Program-made: the position numbers and the translations under genes
Part shown: in pieces, positions 40,862 through 53,037 of the stretch
Position numbering within the stretch: the stretch's first letter is position 1
Layout: every line of letters begins with the position of its first letter
Notes under the pieces: model-generated
Seen by the model: only the letters and a program-made list of their open reading frames with translations
The model's database searches: none
What the model was told of the DNA's origin: nothing
Origin: Eledone cirrhosa
Taxonomy: Eukaryota
Direction: 5' to 3'
Assembly (NCBI GenBank): GCA_964016885.1
Contig: OZ024743.1
Span: 255,254,001 to 255,318,000, forward strand
DNA: 64,000 bases

Positions 40862-41909
40862 TAAACCAGAATAAAATATATATTTAATCAGAAAAATCAA
40901 TGAATTTATAGAAAACTCTTCTTTTTACACCATCAAACAAAATTTTACTAATGGATTTTGTTGTTGATGTCATCAATGATGTTATAGAGTTTTCTTGTTT
41001 TTTGTTGCTGTTCAATGTGTTTTGGTATGTGATTTTTAGTATGTGTTTTAATTTTTATTAGTATTCAAGTTGTCCCAGTCGACATTACCCCCTTGTTTAA
41101 ATTCAATCAAATCTATATTTGATTGATTTCTCTTCAGCCTTAAAGGAGTGATGTGAGCTTACAAGATGTGTGATGTGATTTGCTCCTGGTACTAAAAATT
41201 AACTGTTGATTAGTTAGTTGTGTCTCATAGTGGTACACTCTCTTAGTCATTTGTAGTATTGTTGTTGCTGTTTTTGTTGTTGTTGTTGTTGCTGTTCTTC
41301 TTTTTCTTCTTTTTCTTCTTTTTTTCTCCCTCCTCTCCTTCTTCTCCTCCTCTTTCTTCTTCTTTCTTTGAGAGGTAAGTATTACACTATCACTTGTGAT
41401 CTAGGGTGAGTGAGTGGAGTAGCTGCTTTCAGCTATCTACATGGGGAGTGGGTCACCATGAAAGCACATTTACTATTAGAAGAAATATATGCATTGTACG
41501 TAATAAATTCGGGTTGAGTAAAATATATGAACTCAAAAACTAAAGAACTGGAACAAATGCAGCAAACCATTTTTGTTATAGATGCTCTAATGATTTTGCA
41601 AATGATAATAATGATGATAATAATAATAATAATGATTTCATTTATTGGCCACAAGGGCCGACATATAGGGGACAATACAAAAGACTGGGACAGTGGGGTT
41701 TTACAGAAAAATCGAGTAAACAATATGAATAAACAAAGTAACAATAACAAATTAACAATAAAGTAACAAGAAAATTACAACAAGAAAACATTGCCCAATA
41801 GGGGGGGATGACCACCTAGGGTTCGCTCAGGTACCCCACCAGTCCTGAACGACCCGACGCTTCGAGAGAACCCTGGCAGGGCACCTCTCTCCTCTTCAAA
41901 TTTGCCTAC

Positions 41910-44773
41910 CTACAGCCGCATGACCAGAGTAGGCCCACTCACACGGGCCATTCTCACCACATTCACACACCTTTCAGCAAATGTACTGGGGGGCAGCACT
42001 TCTCCCTCCACCCTCACCTTCCTTTCCAAGTGAAACCTGAAAAAGTTGATGAGGGATTGGCCGAAGAGAAAAGTGTCTGTCTTCAGTCCTTTCAACCTCG
42101 TCCACAATACAACCTCTTTCACTACTGCCACCAGACAGAGGAAAATTGCCTGCCCTTCCTGGCCAAAAGAAGGCGGCGGGTCAATCTTCACTATGGACTC
42201 AGCCAATAGCTGGATCCGTTCTACACGCGACAACAGCTGTTCAACATAACCCCACATGTCAGTAATACACGGACACTGGACGAGTGCGTGCAGAACGGTT
42301 TCGTCGCTCTGCGCGCATCTCGGGCAGGTCCGTCTGACAGCACTTTCGTGCCTGTAGAGTTTATCTCGAACCGGTACTGCCCCCCCCACCCCCGGTAGCA
42401 CTGACAAGCAAGGGATTTTTGGAAATTATCCATCGTCCCCGGCTCGAAAGTCCTCCGGTACAGACTGGTTAGTTCAACTTCGTTGACTCCCAGAGCCTCT
42501 CCGAGTGCGTTGTCGCACTTGCGCACCACTAATCCTCTATAGAACTCTAGAGTGGAAGTTCCACTGACAGCATTGTCCGTCTGTCCAATGCCTAACGACG
42601 CTGTTGGATGGCATGGACTTGCCTCTCCAGGTACCGAGTTGCAAGCCCACTGACTTTTCCGGGTAAAGTTTTGCTCCCGTAAACCTTTCATATTCCTCCA
42701 ATAAGTTGCCGACCACCTCGATTTCTGAGGTGTCCGACACGATCACGGTGATGTCGTCCACATAAGCCGACACAGCCTTTCCGCGTCCCGGTTCGAGCGG
42801 GATGCCCTGCAACAGCTCCAGCTTCCGCAGTAAAGGCTCGAGAGTCAATACGTACAGAAGGGAGGAGAGAGGGCACCCTTGACGGACCGATCGGGAGACC
42901 TGAAACGGTTCCGAGAGGTGGCCATTAATTTTGACCATCGAGCAGGTGCCGCTGTGCATTGCAGCGATCCAGCTTCTGAAGACGGGGCCGAAGCCAGCCG
43001 CCTTGAGGACAGCCTCCAGGTACCAATGGTCAACCCTATCGAATGCTTTCGATTGATCTAAATTGATCAGAGCCCCACTAGGTGGAGGTTGTCGTGTATG
43101 GATCTGGTTGGGATTGCGCAAGTTTGCGCCTCCCCAACCAAATCCCCGACGACAAGCGCCAACCTCTTTGCTAATACCCTGGCCAAAATCTTAAACTCTG
43201 TGTTGAGCAGAGTTATGGGCCTGAAATTGTCTAATGTGTCCCTCTTGTTCTCGTCTTTCCTTATCAGTGTCACTACACCCCAGCTCACAGAACTGGGAAT
43301 ACTCCCATTTTGCTGCCAGTTGCAGTAGAGCGCTTCGAGGAGATTGGAGAACAAGTCTGGCATATTTACGTAAAGCTCGTAGGCCGACCATCCTAACTGG
43401 GTGACTTGTGCCTCATGCAGCCTAAAAGGGCATCCTGAATCTCGGCTGAAGTAATTGGCCTTTCGCAGCGCCCAGCGTCAGCCGTCGAGAGTTGCGGCAA
43501 GCCATCGAGGTAAGGACTGAAGTCCGCCACCTTCTTTGACCCGCCACTTCCCCCGAACAACCGAACAAAATGTTGGCGAAAGGCCTCACACATCCTCTTG
43601 GAATCGCTCAGCTTGAGCCTGTCTCGGTCCGTCAAAGACCGAATCGTGGTTTTATTACCACGCTGCGCCTTTGCCACGCGGGCCCATCGAACAGCTTTGG
43701 TTCCCTCGTTTCTCAGAGCACGCGCCTTAGCTCTGACAATGCAACCTTCGTGTTTCGCATTGAAGAAATGGTCTAATGCCATTCTCGCCGCTAGCACATC
43801 AGTTGCAATGCCACTACCAATAGCCTCGTCTAACTTATCTACCAACTCTCCCTCCTTTCTATTTTTCTCTAATGCTACTTCTTTGCTAAACTCTATTGAC
43901 ATTACTCTAATCTCTCTTTTGAGAGCCCCTCCACCATCTATTGTTGACGACTCCCCCTGTCAACTTTTTCTTAACTAAATTGTTGACCTGGTCCCTGTAA
44001 GCCTTACGTGCTGGAAATGACATGTTTAGCTTCCAGTAACCAGGTCCTAACCTACGCGTCTTATCTAGGTCGACCATACAGATCACAAATTTGTGATCTG
44101 AGTAGGCGACCGTTTCAAAACGTGGACAGCTTACACTATTTCTGTCTATTTTCCTAATGAATATCCTGTCTATATACGATCTAGATAACCCTATGCAGTT
44201 AGCCCAGGTCCACACTGGCGCATTAGGGAAATCTAGTCGGTACCTGTCAGACAGTTGGAACTGGCTGATCAAGTTCTTGAGGCTTTTGCAACCCCCGCTC
44301 CTATCGGATACTCCCACACAGTCCCAGCGTGCATCTAAGATGCTGTTCCAGTCCCCCGCTAACAGTAAAGGGCGAGACGTACCCAGAAAGGCTTCCAGGC
44401 GTCTAAAGAAGTCCGGCCGTCCTGTCCTAGTAGGAGCATACATGGCCACCAGTCTAAAGGCATCACCTTCATTATTGTTCATGTCCAGGACCACCAACTT
44501 CCCATCCGGGTCCCGGAAGATCGACCTTACCTCGAGATCCAGGCCTTTCCTAAACAGCACTGCCACCCCGCCTCCCATTCCCGGCTGGCTAACAGATGCA
44601 AAGATCTGATAGTCGTTGAAAATGGGGGCTAGTGCACGCGTGTCGGAAATCCTGGTCTCGCTTACTGCAATTACATCCATTTCTATAGACCTAAGGTCGT
44701 TGAGCAGGTGACCCTGCTTCCAGGAAAATCCCAGGCCTCAAACATTTAAACATCCTATTCTTAATACGGCCAT
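41910..44773 (-). pseudogene. L1/Tx1 ORF2 (APE endonuclease-RT-zinc finger), disrupted
   Basis: IGCLNV*GL, VSETR, YAP, AGDWN, SYIDRIF, YSDHK, GYWKLN, FRPITLLN, LDQSKAFDRVDH, VRQGCPLS, AYVDD, CPRC..ETVLHALVQC; stops, frameshifts and internal deletions. Confidence 0.93.
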
Positions 44774-44804
44774 GTTGGCAGGTTAAACAGAGAGAGAGGT
44801 AGGT

Positions 44805-46601
44805 TTACTTACCTTCCGGGCTCTTGTGAAAGTCGGGTTGTTCGACCTCCATAGTTAGTGGGGTTTCTTTTGGGAACCCCTTTAAAAGTCTTGAAGTGGG
44901 TTTTACGTTCGGGGTTCCCACGTCCCGAGGAAAGCTGTCTCGTATTTCTTTGAATATGTCGAGCGACATTCGCACCAGAACCAAATCTTCCGGCACGCAA
45001 AATGTGCTCGATTTAAACATTTCCCCCTCTTTTTGTATATTTTCACTTCGTGCTACGAGGGCCATCAGTTCCTTGTTGGCCCTCCTGACGAGCACGAAGT
45101 TTTGTATGCTTTGTTGGTGTGATTTTATTTGTTTGCGTGGCTGTGGTGGTGATGGTTTTGGTGGTGTTGTTTCGGTTGTATCTGTGTTTGTTGTGAGTGC
45201 GGTGTCTGTGGTTTCAGATGTTTGTGTGTATATTTGTTCTTGCGTCTGTTTCGGTTGTTTGCGTTTGGGGGATTCGGTGATGGTGATGGTGGTGTTGATG
45301 TTGGTGTTATTGGAGAGATGTTTGCGTGGCTGGTGTCTGCGTTTTTTATTGTGGGTGCTTTTGTGCTTTGTTGATTTTTTTTTCTTTTTGTGTTTCCTTT
45401 TTTGTATTTTTGGGGATTTTGGATTTCCCTCATCTTCACTACTGGTAGATGAGAGGTCTGTGTCTGTAAGTGTGTTTGTATGTATGTTTAAGGTTTTATT
45501 GGTGTGTGTATTTTTGGGGGGGAGGGGAATTTGACAGCTTTCCTCGTTTCCCCCCTGGGTGGTCAATGTTGGTGATTTTGCCGGTGCAGGTGTTGGTTGT
45601 GGTCTTTGCCCCGGTGTCGGCAGCAGTGGAGCCTTTCGACCCCTTGCCTCTTTCAGCAGTTGAGGGCAGAAGGCTCGCAAATGGATTTTTTCCCCACAAA
45701 CAAAACACTGCGGCCTTTTGCCTTCGGTCATAATGTGAATGACAGTCCCCTTCTGAAGTCGGATATGGTCTGGGATTGTCTTCACATTCTCGGGCCTGAT
45801 CTGGAGAAGGATCTCCAGGTCAACCCCGGACCAGTCCTCTCTGGCCGTTCTGGTCACTTCTATAGGGACTGTATCCGTCTCCTCCACAATCACACATCCC
45901 AGAAGCCACCACATGTCAAGTCCTGGTGGGATTCTGGGAATGCGGAGATGGGCCGTTATTTTTCCCATGTGGGAGGGGTACATTATGACCTTGCTGGTTT
46001 TGCAAGGAGTCATGGCGTGTTTCATCGTGAGGGCTTCTGACTTGAACAACACCGAAATGGTGCCGTACTGTCTGCCCCTCTCTATGTACTGGGTGTCTTC
46101 TTTGATGCACCTCAGCGCGACTTCGATATCTTCTTGTGGGATTAACGCTGCTCTTATGGTTTGTGCTGAGATGCATCTATAATGCACCGTTTTGCGCTCT
46201 ACTGCCTCAATAGCTTCTACCGGGACAGTTAAGTAGGCCCAAGTTTGCTCTTGCTTGATGAGCTTCCATGCCCTGGGCCAACTTTTCATCTTTGCTTGAG
46301 AGGTCCATGTTGAAGCATGGCCTCTTTTTGCTGCTGCCGCAGCGAAAGTGGTCTTGTTTTCTTTGAGGGTGTTGTTGACGTTGTTCTTGTTGGTGTTGTT
46401 GTTAGCACTGTCGCTGTTATCATTGTTGTCTTTGTTGCCACCATTGTTCTCGGTGCAGTTGGTATTGTTGTTGTTGGTGTTGTCGCTATTTGTTTTCATG
46501 TTAGTGGTGTTGATATTTGTTATTTCTTTTTTTGTTATCTGTATTTTCGTTGTCGCTGTTACTGTCATTTTTTTCAAAATTAGATTTCTTATTGGTATCA
46601 T
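44805..46601 (-). CDS. L1/Tx1 ORF1 (gag-like nucleic-acid-binding protein), 598 aa, intact
   Basis: CX2CX4HX4C knuckle CFVCGEKIHLRAFC, Asn/Thr-rich N-terminus, Lys-rich tract; directly upstream of ORF2. Confidence 0.85.
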   Translation of the reverse strand: MIPIRNLILKKMTVTATTKIQITKKEITNINTTNMKTNSDNTNNNNTNCTENNGGNKDNNDNSDSANNNTNKNNVNNTLKENKTTFAAAAAKRGHASTWTSQAKMKSWPRAWKLIKQEQTWAYLTVPVEAIEAVERKTVHYRCISAQTIRAALIPQEDIEVALRCIKEDTQYIERGRQYGTISVLFKSEALTMKHAMTPCKTSKVIMYPSHMGKITAHLRIPRIPPGLDMWWLLGCVIVEETDTVPIEVTRTAREDWSGVDLEILLQIRPENVKTIPDHIRLQKGTVIHIMTEGKRPQCFVCGEKIHLRAFCPQLLKEARGRKAPLLPTPGQRPQPTPAPAKSPTLTTQGGNEESCQIPLPPKNTHTNKTLNIHTNTLTDTDLSSTSSEDEGNPKSPKIQKRKHKKKKKSTKHKSTHNKKRRHQPRKHLSNNTNINTTITITESPKRKQPKQTQEQIYTQTSETTDTALTTNTDTTETTPPKPSPPQPRKQIKSHQQSIQNFVLVRRANKELMALVARSENIQKEGEMFKSSTFCVPEDLVLVRMSLDIFKEIRDSFPRDVGTPNVKPTSRLLKGFPKETPLTMEVEQPDFHKSPEGK

Positions 46602-46855
46602 TGGTGTCTTTTTTTACCTTGTTTGTGGTGGTGTTTGTGTTATCAATGTGTGTTAATTTCGCTGTAGCGCTCCTCTCAACTTCTACGTCATTGTCGCACG
46701 ACAGCCGACATATCGCTGGGGGTGTGGCTCAGCCATGTTTTTTTTTCTTCGTAAATTTTTTAACATGTAAAAAAATAAAGTTCAAATATTTGGGCCTTTT
46801 GGCCCAAATATTATACTTTCCCCTTCACGGGGCAAAGTCCAATAATAATAATAAT

Positions 46856-47075
46856 AAATGATTCTCATTTAGGCACAAGGACAATAATTTTAGGGGAGGA
46901 GAAAGTCGATTAAATCGAACACCAGTGCATTACTGGTGGTTATTTTATCGACCCTCTAAGGATGAAAGGCAAAGTTAACCTCAGTGGGATTTGAACTAAG
47001 ACTTTAAAAGGCCGTAACTCTGTGCTGCAAAGCATGGCCTCTGACTCTCTACCAATACTGCTAATCCACCGAATA
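46856..47075 (-). mobile_element. tRNA-derived SINE family 1 whose (ATT)n tail abuts the Tx1 5' end
   Basis: Reverse complement of the 5375-5562 family. Confidence 0.85.
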
Positions 47076-50000
47076 AATAATAGTAACAATGGTTTCTAAT
47101 TGAAGCATATAGCCAACAATCTTTTAAAAAGGGAAAATAAATTATATCAACCACCAGTATTTGATGGGTACTTTATTTACAACAGAAAGAAGAACTGCAA
47201 AATTAGCGGGAGTGGTGACAGGGCATATTTGAACTCAGTATATAGTAAAGAGACATATCTAAATACTGCACAATATTTTGTTTAATGCTCCAAAAATCAA
47301 TCACCCTGAAAATCTTAATAATAATTTCTAATATAGACACATAAAGATCTGCAAATAAATACTGCTAAGCATTTTAGCTGATGTAATGATTCTGTGAAAA
47401 TAATAGAGAGAGTAGTAGTAATAATCCTAATAATAATGACGATGATAATAAAACCTTGAAGATTATAGACAAAGATATTTTCTCTGTCATAAAATACATT
47501 TGAATCTGTGACCTAAGATGTCAAAGTTTGACTTGCAATGTCACAAGTTCAAATGTATTAACGACACAGAAAATATCTTTTGTCTACAACATTAGACAGT
47601 TTCTGGTTTTGCTTGTCTTTTTCATCTTTTCCTTTCTAATCTTTCATTCCTTAATTACTATTCTTCATCATCATCTTCTTCTTCTTCTTCTCCTCCTACT
47701 ACTACTACTACTCCATATACACATACTTAGACATTGACAGCAGTTATGTGACTCCATATTATTAGCCTTGAAATAGCACATCCATTCCACTGTCTGTCAG
47801 AATCAATGTATATATTTTTGGCAATCCTCTCCAATATTGTCCTTGTCTAAGTTTAATTTACTCAATTTTCTCAAATATTATTTCCGATGATCAACTGTTA
47901 TTACAGTTATATTTTGTGTTTGGGATACTCACACTTTTAGATTTATATATATATATCATCATCATCATCGTTTAATGGCCATATTCGACACTAACATGGG
48001 TAAAACGAGTTGTCCCTTTAGAGGTAAGTTGGGTCACATGAATGTGTCTTGCTTATATAGGACTTTTTCTGGCTAGATTTCTCTCTCTCTCTCTCTCAAG
48101 CAGGGAAAAGCAGACATAAAATGATGATGATGATGATATATTTATATATATATCATCATCATCATTATCATCGTTTAACATCCATTTTCCACGCTACCAT
48201 GGGTTAGACTGTTTGTCCCATTAGAGGCAAGTTGGGTCAGGTGACCATGTCTTGCTTATGTAGAACTGTTTCTGGCTAGGTTTCTACTGTTGCATGCCCT
48301 CCCTATATAGACATACATATTGATAATCTGCAGTACTGGGACTGGAATGACCACATTTCAGAGAAGTTCTTAATACATAGTATGATGCAGATTGGGTATA
48401 TTAGTAAAAGTAGAAGTTGTACCCACCAAAAGTATAGAATATTTATTAGAATGCTGTTGAAGTGTGTATATATATTTTTGGGGACATCCTGTATTTATAA
48501 TTTTTTCCAAATCCCTATGCCAACATTTAGGCAATTTCTTCTGGGTTCTTTCTTCAGAGTCAGATATTTCAATTACCTTGAAATGCCAGGTAGTAATCTC
48601 ATTAGATATATAACATTATACATATTACTATTTTATTATTATTATCAACCACACCAGCACATTTGTTAGCGATAGGTGCAGCATATATTGTTCACCTTTA
48701 TCATGCTTATTTATCCATAAATGATATTATCGGGAGTAGAAAGAATTTTTTTTTTTAGTTAATATAATTTTGCTTACAAAATTTCCATTCTGAATAATGA
48801 ATTCTAGGTAATTGCCAGAACATTCTAATTTTCAATATATGCCAGGTTATTACCAGAGATAAACAAGCACCAAACACACACACACACACATATATATATA
48901 TACATACATACATACATCATCATCATCATCATTGTTTAACATCCGTCTCCCATGCTAGCATGGGTTAAATGGGTTTGTCACATTTGAGGCAAGATTGGTC
49001 AGGTGATCGTGTCTCTCTTGTATATATATATATAAAGGCATGAGGTTGTGAGTTCAGTTCCCACACTGGATTGAGTTTTGTGTCCTGAGCAAGCCACTTT
49101 ATTTCATGCTGCTCCAGTTCACTCCACTGTAGAAATGAGTTGTGACATCACTGGTATAAAGCTGTTGCCTTGGACAACATCACTTGTATGGAAAAAGGAG
49201 ACTGGTATTTATCCAGTGATCTATCTAAATAATTTATTTGGGGCTGTTTACTCTGATTTGAAATTTGGCCTATGCAGAGTAGAATTGAGTGATGGCATTA
49301 ACAATGCAATTGGGACACATACCATGTCTAAATAAAGTGCCAAGGACTGGTTCATACACTTCCATTCTGGTGATTACTGCCTTGAAGCTGACCCATGTCA
49401 GGCATCATGTCAAGTGCAAGCAATCATAACCTCTAATATTTATTGTGAACAACTTGACAGATAAGCAGCGAAAATCACCCAAGTGCACCAACACCATGAT
49501 CCTGTTCAATCTTTCATGATAATGCTCGGCTGCATACGTTAAAGATGATCTCTGCTCCACTGCATGCTATGTTGAGCTGTCTACATCAGATAGACTGGGT
49601 ATTGACTGCTGGACTGGTTCACTAAGTACCTCCAGGACATCTGGCTTGGCAACAGGTCCCTGGTCGCTCAACACTTCTGCCCCTCTGGAAACTCCACCCA
49701 CAATCTCACTCTGTGGCCTTATTGTGTGCCCTGGAGCCCCTGACACATGCCTGAGTCATGAGAAATGCTTAATTTCTTTTTACCAGACCTGGACAAGAAA
49801 TTATCTAAATTATTCACCCCCTCTTCCTTTTGATACTCACCCCCCTCTTTACACACTTTACAACCGTTTACCAGTTACACTCATATGAGCCCCCCCCCCC
49901 TCTGCACTTTTAACCGAAGCAATAGCACAAACTAATTATCTATTTGACCACACTACCCTCCACTAACTCTACTAATCCTCATCTTCATCTACATTATGCC

Positions 50001-50389
50001 ACTCTACCACCCACACGCACATGCACCTGAACCACCTCACTGGCCAATCTACCTTCACACCCTACCACTCCACCACCAATACACACATGCCTAACAACTA
50101 CTAACTATTAACAACCCCATTTACGACTATATTCACCCCTGTATCACCAAAACCACCATAGCTCCAAAGGCATCAAGGTTAGAGCAGTATTAAGAAATGA
50201 GATACATATCATCATTTAACATCTAATTTTTCACAATTGCTTGGGTTAGATGGATTGTCACATTATGAGACAACTCAAAATAGGTGATCACGTCATGCTC
50301 ATACAATTCTGTATTTTGGCTTAGCTTCTATGGCTGGATGCTCTTCCTAATGCTAATCCTGTTACAGTGTGGTCCGAGTGCTTTTTAAT

Positions 50390-50785
50390 TATAATAATGG
50401 TTTCTACATTTGGCACAAGGCCAACAATTATCCTAGTGCATTACTGGTAATTTATTTTATCGACCCCGTAAGGATGAAAGCAAAGCAAACCTCAGCGGGA
50501 TTTGAACTTAGAACATAAAGGGCCATAATTCTCTGCCGCTAAGCATGTTGTCAGACGCTCTACCGATTCTGCCAATCCACGCTTTTAATTTATAATAATT
50601 GTTTCTACTTTTTGGCACAAAGCCAGCAATTATCCCAGTGTATTACTGGTACTTTATTTTATCAACCCCGTAAGGATGAAAGGCTAAGTTAACCTCGGCG
50701 GGATTTGAACTCAGTCTGTAAAGGGACGTAACTGTGCTGCAAAGCATGGTGTCCGACCCTCTACCGATACTGCCAATCCACCGCT
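50390..50785 (-). mobile_element. Tandem pair of SINE family 1
   Basis: Two consecutive copies, each followed on the plus strand by cgcttttaatttataataat. Confidence 0.85.
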
Positions 50786-50839
50786 TTTAATTTATAATAA
50801 TGAAAATTATTCTGTACTGTGCTCAGCTGCACTACAACT

Positions 50840-50932
50840 AAAAAAAATATGGAATGCTTCACGAATTTGTGTATCATACTTGTGCAGGGGCCATGCTAAT
50901 ATTCTCTATATCGTTCCAATTGTAGAATATGT
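50840..50932 (-). pseudogene. RNU6: U6 snRNA pseudogene, 5'-truncated
   Basis: Minus strand acatattctacaattggaacgatatagagaatattagcatggcccctgcacaagtatgatacacaaattcgtgaagcattccatattttttt matches U6; 5' stem-loop missing, ACAGAGA mutated to ATAGAGA. Confidence 0.93.
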
Positions 50933-51356
50933 CACCCACTCAACCACCTTATAGGGTGGACTGGGTACTGTTTTTTCATGTCATTAGTCTCACCCTCTTA
51001 CAGGGTGAAATGGGTGCTGTTTTTTCATGTCACTAAGCTGACCCTCTTACAGGATGGACTGGGTGCTTTTTTTTTCATATTACCAACACAACTACTACTA
51101 TACAGAGTGGATATATATGTATGTATACATATAAAATCAAACACATTAGTTCTGTGTGTGTTTTTGTCATGTGTACCTATGTGATACATGCCATTTGTGC
51201 TTGTGTATTTCATTCTTTTTCAATATGATATTCTATAGTAGAGTACTGCTTTTGTTTCTTTTGTAACAAAAATAATAAATCATCAGAATGATTATTATTC
51301 TTGTTGTTATACTTATTCTATTAGATGGCAACTACTTACAACATTAATACTGTTTG

Positions 51357-51414
<58 letters not shown>

Positions 51415-51974
51415 CAGGGAGAGAAATAAGCAAAAAATGGCATATTTACTAACCCTCACTCTCACCCCTCCCCTTCTGTTTTTCTCTGGTCTCTTTACCC
51501 CTCCACTCCATACCCTGTTAATCTGAATTTTGATAGCTGAGTGAGAAATGATAATAATTTAACAACTCTTTATTATTACAATTATTACTTTCCGTCTTCT
51601 TATTATTGATGTTGTTGCTGTTGATGATACTACTACTATTACTACTACTAAATAAATAAATAATAAATATATAAATAAACTATAAACAACCAATAACAAA
51701 TATATGATTATTACTATTATTATCAATATTATAATTATAATTGTTATTATATTTTTATCACTATTATATTATTGTACTGCATTCATCTATTTGTTTGATA
51801 TTGTATTTTTGTAAATATTATTATTATTGTTATTATTATTATTATCATCATCATCATCCCCACCATTATCAGTTATATTTGTGTAAGTGCTGTTATATTG
51901 CTGTCATCATTATATCATTCCTCTTTACCAAATATAAAGAAACATCAATGTCAGTTTTTATATTATCCAAATAA

Positions 51975-52039
<65 letters not shown>

Positions 52040-52067
52040 ATATATATATAATATATATATATAATAT

Positions 52068-52151
<84 letters not shown>

Positions 52152-52851
52152 ATGCAATTATTTGCTATAATTATTTCCCCACCAATCTTATAATATAATA
52201 TATAAACAGATATTTTTCATTGAGAATACCTCTTCATACCCCTCCATAACAAACCAGACTATACCATACCATAAGCTCTTTCTATCTATGTCAATATACA
52301 TACAATTTGTTTGTGTTTTCCTGTATTTTATATTGGGTATTTTATCATACTGACCTGAAAAGCTCATAAAACAGACTAAATTTCTAAATAATTATTTGTA
52401 TTTCTTTTTATCATCAACTTCATCATCATTGTTGTCAGCAACATCATTGTCGTCAACATCATCAACATTGTCTTCCCCCTCCTCCACATCATCATCATAT
52501 AATTACACACTTATAGTCATGTGATGGACACATGAATTGTGGCAAAGACATGACAATTATCTAGTGTTAGTGATCTACATGATAAATAAATCCAGTAGAC
52601 TGTAAAATTGTTGATGATATTAAGGGCATCCAGCTATAAAAATCTTGCAAAATACCATTTAACTGTGTCAAAGACATGACAACCTTCATAGTACTGATTC
52701 CACAAGAAAACGAACTCAGGAAAGTTTGGTAATGTTTGCAAATGGGATTCGGGTCCTATGTCCATCCAAGAGATATGTGGCTCTACTTGAGTCTCGACTC
52801 AGTCTGTTAAAGCCCGTCCAACTCTTGCTAGCAGGAAAAACAGAAGTTAAA

Positions 52852-53037
52852 TAATAATTGTTTCTACTTTTGGCACAAGGCCAGCAAATTACCCAGTGCA
52901 TTACTGGTACTTTATTTTATCGACCCCGTAAGGATAAAAGGCAAAGTTAACCTCGGCGGGATTTGAACTCAGATCATAAAGGGACGTAACTCTATGCTGC
53001 AAAGCATGGTGTCCGACTCTCTACCCATACTGCCAAT
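52852..53037 (-). mobile_element. tRNA-derived SINE family 1 (young copy)
   Basis: Close match to 50595-50785. Confidence 0.85.

Larger units (their letters stand above)
41634..46840 (-). mobile_element. Nearly full-length L1/Tx1-clade non-LTR retrotransposon
   Basis: ORF1 + ORF2 (APE, RT, C-terminal CCHC); AATAAA near the 3' end; flanked by (AAT)5 at 41619-41633 and 46841-46855. Confidence 0.95.

Noticed and set aside
49330-49900. Possible LTR/Gypsy pol fragment
   Set aside because: Only a vague compositional impression; no diagnostic motif
50840-50932. Functional U6 gene
   Set aside because: Lacks the 5' stem-loop, ACAGAGA box mutated, multiple substitutions
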